NCBI RefSeq assembly: GCF_006345805.1 | Contig: NW_021836036.1 | Location: 1 to 24,452, forward strand | DNA from: Octopus sinensis | Taxonomy: Eukaryota | DNA: 24,452 bases | Direction: 5' to 3' | Shown: piece by piece, positions 19,964 through 24,452 of the stretch | Layout: every line of letters begins with the position of its first letter | How positions within the stretch are numbered: the stretch's first letter is position 1 | The notes under the pieces: model-generated | Databases searched by the model: none | The model's input: the letters and a program-made list of their open reading frames with translations, nothing else | Told to the model about the DNA's origin: nothing | Made by a program: the position numbers and the translations under genes

Positions 19964-19964
<1 letters not shown>
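19740..19964 (+). mobile_element. SINE family A with an internal deletion of about 185 bp
   Basis: The head and CORE-like part join directly to the 3' end as GAAGCCCG-TCG-ACTAAAG. Confidence 0.88.
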
Positions 19965-20047
<83 letters not shown>

Positions 20048-21026
20048 ATTTGTTTTGTACGTTTTAACGATTTTCAAACACGTAGAAATTAATAAAACTG
20101 TTATATTCATATATACAAAATGGCAGCTCTTGACGATGCGCATTAAAACTAGAAAACCTTTTTGATTTTGTTGAAGCGTGCAATAATATCTTACAAGGTT
20201 TTCCTGCATTTCCTACGCATAGCAAATTTGAGAAATTGAAAAGAAGAAAAAATTTAATCGGGAAAAAATTCGGTTTCATGACAAGAAAAACTTTGAAAAT
20301 GAGATGCACGTAAAGAATGGAAAATTTTAAATTTGCTTGAAGCGTTTATGAATAAGGAATGAAGAGTGTTTGCCCGCTAAACATTTTAAAACAGTGCAAC
20401 AAATATTTCGTAAACATCATTGTTACTTTGACTGACTTGGCATTTTTCCAAAATCTACCAAATAATTTCAGAGTTTCAGTTATTGCTTGCTTAAAAAACA
20501 AAATATTTCGATAAAGCTGTGTTACAAACATCAGGATTTTTGAAAGTATAGGGATGTTGATTAAATCTAATCTTAAAAGATTGCCGGTGAAACCGATATA
20601 ACCGTCAGAAACAGAATGAGTATAATGCAAGTATTAGATGCAAATTATTTAACGGAAAATATGCCGGGTTAAAATAATGTGATAGCACAATATGGAAGGC
20701 GAGAAGGTGTCAAAACGAGAACTGCAAGGCTTAGGTGACCGTTTCCACTCTGAGATCACAACCAGTTGTTTGCAACAGACTTCTGACCCTTTTTATGAAC
20801 TACTGAAACTAGACGAACGATAAAGATCAGTTGTAGATAACAGTTTTAATTTCTTACTATATACGTACATACACACACAAATATATACACATATACATAC
20901 ATGCAACACCCCTCCCCCATCTATATAATAATATATATTATATATATATATATATATATAATATACATACACATATACATTTTTTTTGTGTGTATATATA
21001 TATATATATATAATATATATATATAT

Positions 21027-21144
21027 GCCTGCTCGCTTAGCCAGCGGGGTGGCGTCATTTGGAGGCTAAAACAATGCGAAGCACATTGTGACCAGCGATG
21101 TGTAGCAACATCTGATAGCCTGGTCGGTCACGTGATCACGTGAT
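21027..21144 (+). mobile_element. Probable retroposon 3' end terminating in an 8-bp tandem repeat (CACGTGAT)x2
   Basis: A GC-richer island between TA tracts, ending in two octamers. Short tandem-repeat tails are typical of CR1/L2-group LINEs and their SINEs (inference). Confidence 0.45.
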
Positions 21145-21688
21145 ATATATATATATATATATAATATATATAATATCGATATATATATATTATAATATAT
21201 ATTTATAATAGGATTAGCTCGTATACGAGTAGGTATATATTTGTAAAAAATGAAGTTCGAAAATGCTGCTATATTATACAATTTTTAATTTTTATATATA
21301 CATTATAACATGTTTCAGTTCCTGAAATGAACCTTATCAAAAACAGTTATATATAAAAAAAGACAGCTCATGCCGTCAAACACAAGAAATTCATTTATAA
21401 TACACAACGGAGTCAGACATCTTAGAGTTCATGTATAGTTTGAAGTAAGTTCATTCATGCTATATGTTCAAAGTGTTCGATGCAGTGGCCCACGGTGGCG
21501 ATACGTATTCAATACAAAAAACAGATCAAAGTGGTGGAAAGCAGTCAATACAGAAGATTGATGTTTCCGAAAGAGCGAGGAATTCATTTTTACCTTAAGC
21601 AATTGTGATGACCCATGGTGGGTGTTCGCTGGGTGGTTCTAGTGAGTTTTGTGAAGTGCTCGGTTTTATATATATATATATATATATG

Positions 21689-21734
<46 letters not shown>

Positions 21735-22403
21735 CAGTACCGTCTTTCCTGGAGGCCTGACAAATCCTCGCTTATTAGAAAGCGAAATGACCCACGTTAC
21801 ACAACGAAAACAGTGAAATTTTGGAGTAAGTGCCTGATGCTTTGGGGATACATAAAAAGTGATGGTTCAAGAAAGTTGGTTAAAATTGGTAAAGTTGGTA
21901 ACTTGAATAGTGCCAAATACATCCAGTTGCAGAAGGACAATTTGATACCAGACTTTGATGAAGGTGAGATATTTCAGCATGACGGAACTCCATGCCACAG
22001 ACTGCGTGCAACACAATAGAGTCTCGCCGATGAAGGTGTTACCGTATTGAAAGATTGGCCAGCTCTTAGCCCCGACTTAAATATCATTGAGCAAATGTGG
22101 ACAGAACTAAAGAGAAGAGTTCGTCAGAAGAATCGACGCAATCCTGAAGAGCTGTGGGAGCTCAGCTCCAGGGAATGGCATCTCATACCTGTGAAGATGG
22201 TGAAGGATTTGTACGCATCTCTTCCCAGGTGCATTGAAGCAATTATTCATGGTAAGGGAAGCCACACGAAATATTAATAATGTACAGTAACTTCTTGAAA
22301 TGAATATTATGTAAAAAAAATTTTCATTATAGACATATTTCTGTTTTAAAACACTGTATCTTGATTGGTTTATGTGAGGTGGGCGAAAACTTTTGCACGG
22401 CCA
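21735..22403 (+). mobile_element. Tc1-like transposon 3' remnant (transposase pseudogene with DD35E spacing and partial right TIR)
   Basis: ...TVKFWSKCLMLWGYIKSDG...IFQHDGTPCHRLRATQ*SLADEGVTVLKDWPALSPDLNIIEQMWTELKRR...SLPRCIEAIIHGKGSHTKY* (stop at 22277). D codon at 21981 and E codon at 22089, with 35 residues between them. The 3' end GGGCGAAAACTTTTGCACGGCCA is TIR-like but lacks the terminal CTGTA. The 5' part is lost at the (TA)n tract. Confidence 0.92.
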
Positions 22404-22859
22404 TTTTTGGGGGTCGTCTCGCATCTTACCCTCTCTTTCGGAACCCCTACTGCAAAATATAATAATTATGTATGGAAATGACTCCAACAGGGCCAATGTT
22501 TCATCTCTAAAAAACACAATGTGAAACATCCACTTTTAAGTTGGCAATTAGTAAAAAATTTACGATAGTTTAAAGTGGTCGAAGACTTTTGCATGGTACT
22601 GTATGCATGTATATATATATAATATATACATAAGCACACATACATACGTATACACGTATGTATGTACGTAGGTATGTAGTGTATATGTTTATATTTTGTG
22701 AATACACGCGTATTTACATCCGTAGTGTGTGTTGCGATTTCTATAAATATATAACCACTTCTTACTGATGTGCAGACACATACACACACATACGCACGCA
22801 CACTCACGCAATTACATAGCATACTTATGCAAGTGCACACGTACACGTACTACAATGCA

Positions 22860-22872
22860 CACATATCTATCC

Positions 22873-22940
<68 letters not shown>

Positions 22941-22945
22941 GTTTG

Positions 22946-23024
<79 letters not shown>

Positions 23025-23100
23025 CTCTCTCTCTCTCTCTCTCTCCTCTGTCTCTCTCTCTCTCTTCTCTCTCTATCTATCTATCTGTCTATCTATCTAT
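22860..23100. repeat. (ATCT)n and (CT)n arrays
   Basis: Direct read. Confidence 0.95.
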
Positions 23101-23619
23101 ATATTCATACATAAAGCTACGCGTGCACGTTCGTATTAAAACTCATTTCATCGTTGCAAACGTGACGTCAGTTTCTTTCTATCACGCTTCTGTGATACCC
23201 GCATTTCTCTCCTATCTACCCGTTCCCCCACTCTCTCTCTCTATATATATATTTATCTTCCTTTCTCTCTTTCCCTCCCACCCTCTCTCACAAAATCTCC
23301 TCCGTCTCCAGAACCATTCATTCGTCTACCTATCGTACCAACCATCATCTTCTTTCACTAGCAGACGACAACGGCGACGGCCTCGACACCAACATCGGTT
23401 CACTCACCCGCTCACCCAACATCCTCCCTACACATATCTATATATCGAGACTATCCAATCCAATCTTTATTTCAATATATATCGCTGTTCCATCGTATTG
23501 CTCTCCTCCCTCGCCGTTGTTGCAGCTTTTATATATTTATATATCTACGTAGTCATACATTTATATATATATATTTATATGCATATATATATATATATAT
23601 TTTATCCTATCCACCGATA

Positions 23620-23997
23620 ATCAATCGCCCTCGGCTCACCTATCTCCTAAAGCTTACTCTCTCGTGATAACACGACTTGATACGCCTCCCTCTCTCTTTC
23701 TCTCTCTCTATATATATTTCTTCTCTTCTTTCACTCTCTCTCATTCATCCTTCCTCTTCCCACTTCTCTTAATCGTTCCGTTTCACTCTACTCGCTCACC
23801 CGTTCTATCTCTCCATCTCTGTCTATCCCCTTCTCTCTCTCTTTATCTCTCCCCCCCCACTCTCTCTCTCTCTCTATCTATCTAGCTATCTATTTCTATC
23901 CCTCTCTCTCTCTCACTCTTTCCTTTTTTCTATTTCATTCCAGTTGTTCATTCATGCTTTCCATCTCTCTTCGTCTCTGTCTGTCTGTCTGCCTGTT

Positions 23998-24033
<36 letters not shown>

Positions 24034-24243
24034 TCTCTCTCCTCCTCTCTCTCTCCACATCACTATTGTTTCATCTCGCTCTATTTTTCTCTCTTACACT
24101 TTTCCCTCTTCCTCCTCCTTTATCTTTTTCTCTCCTCTCTGCTTTTCCACTACTTAAACACATTTTCCTTTATATCCCTCTCTTTCAATTTCTCTCTTCT
24201 CTCTCTCTCTCTCTCTCTATCTGTCTGTCTGTCTGTCTATCTA

Positions 24244-24274
<31 letters not shown>

Positions 24275-24277
24275 TTA

Positions 24278-24336
<59 letters not shown>

Positions 24337-24452
24337 TACCCTCTCGTTTCATTTGTTCACCCTTCTTCTCACTCTTCCTATCACTCGCTCTTCCTCTTAC
24401 CCCTACTCTCTCTTCCTTGCCTGTGTCTCACCCTCTCTTCGCCCCCCTTTGC
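23620..24452. repeat. Pyrimidine-rich (CT)n/(CTGT)n/(CTAT)n low-complexity region
   Basis: Direct read. Confidence 0.88.

Noticed and set aside
20346-20630. 94-aa minus-strand ORF containing GFTGNLL, resembling a GPCR TM1 GN motif
   Set aside because: No downstream LAxxD or TM2 pattern and no clear splice sites. Chance similarity is likely.
21483-21490. CAGTGGCC as a possible left TIR of the Tc1 remnant
   Set aside because: Only 8 nt match the predicted TIR. The following sequence does not complement the right end.
22768-23620. Long ORFs up to 225 aa with YLSI/SLSL repeats, and similar ORFs across the window
   Set aside because: They are translations of (ATCT)n, (CT)n, (TA)n and (TG)n tracts that lack stop codons.

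Overview
Repeat-saturated, AT-rich metazoan intergenic or intronic DNA. The SINE families and microsatellite load strongly resemble an Octopus genome (inferred from recalled repeat families, not from a search). No host protein-coding exon, tRNA or rRNA gene is supported. Almost all ORFs in the supplied track are microsatellite or SINE translation artefacts. The recognisable content is decayed mobile DNA: an RTE-like LINE fragment, two different Penelope-like (GIY-YIG) fragments, many copies of two tRNA-derived SINE families plus fragments of a probable third, an internally deleted mariner with both TIRs, a second mariner remnant, a Tc1-like transposase remnant with DD35E spacing, and a non-autonomous Helitron with canonical ends. 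The most striking hidden signal is six unrelated type I hammerhead-ribozyme-like motifs between 3.6 and 16.5 kb. Two have an intact CUGANGA/GAAA/UH core, one carries the classic G5A inactivating change, and two show apparent compensatory changes at the 3:8 pair. Most sit beside (TA)n tracts. Other points of note are a 286-bp near-perfect palindrome, a SINE dimer inside a single 15-bp target-site duplication, and a composite SINE architecture present twice.
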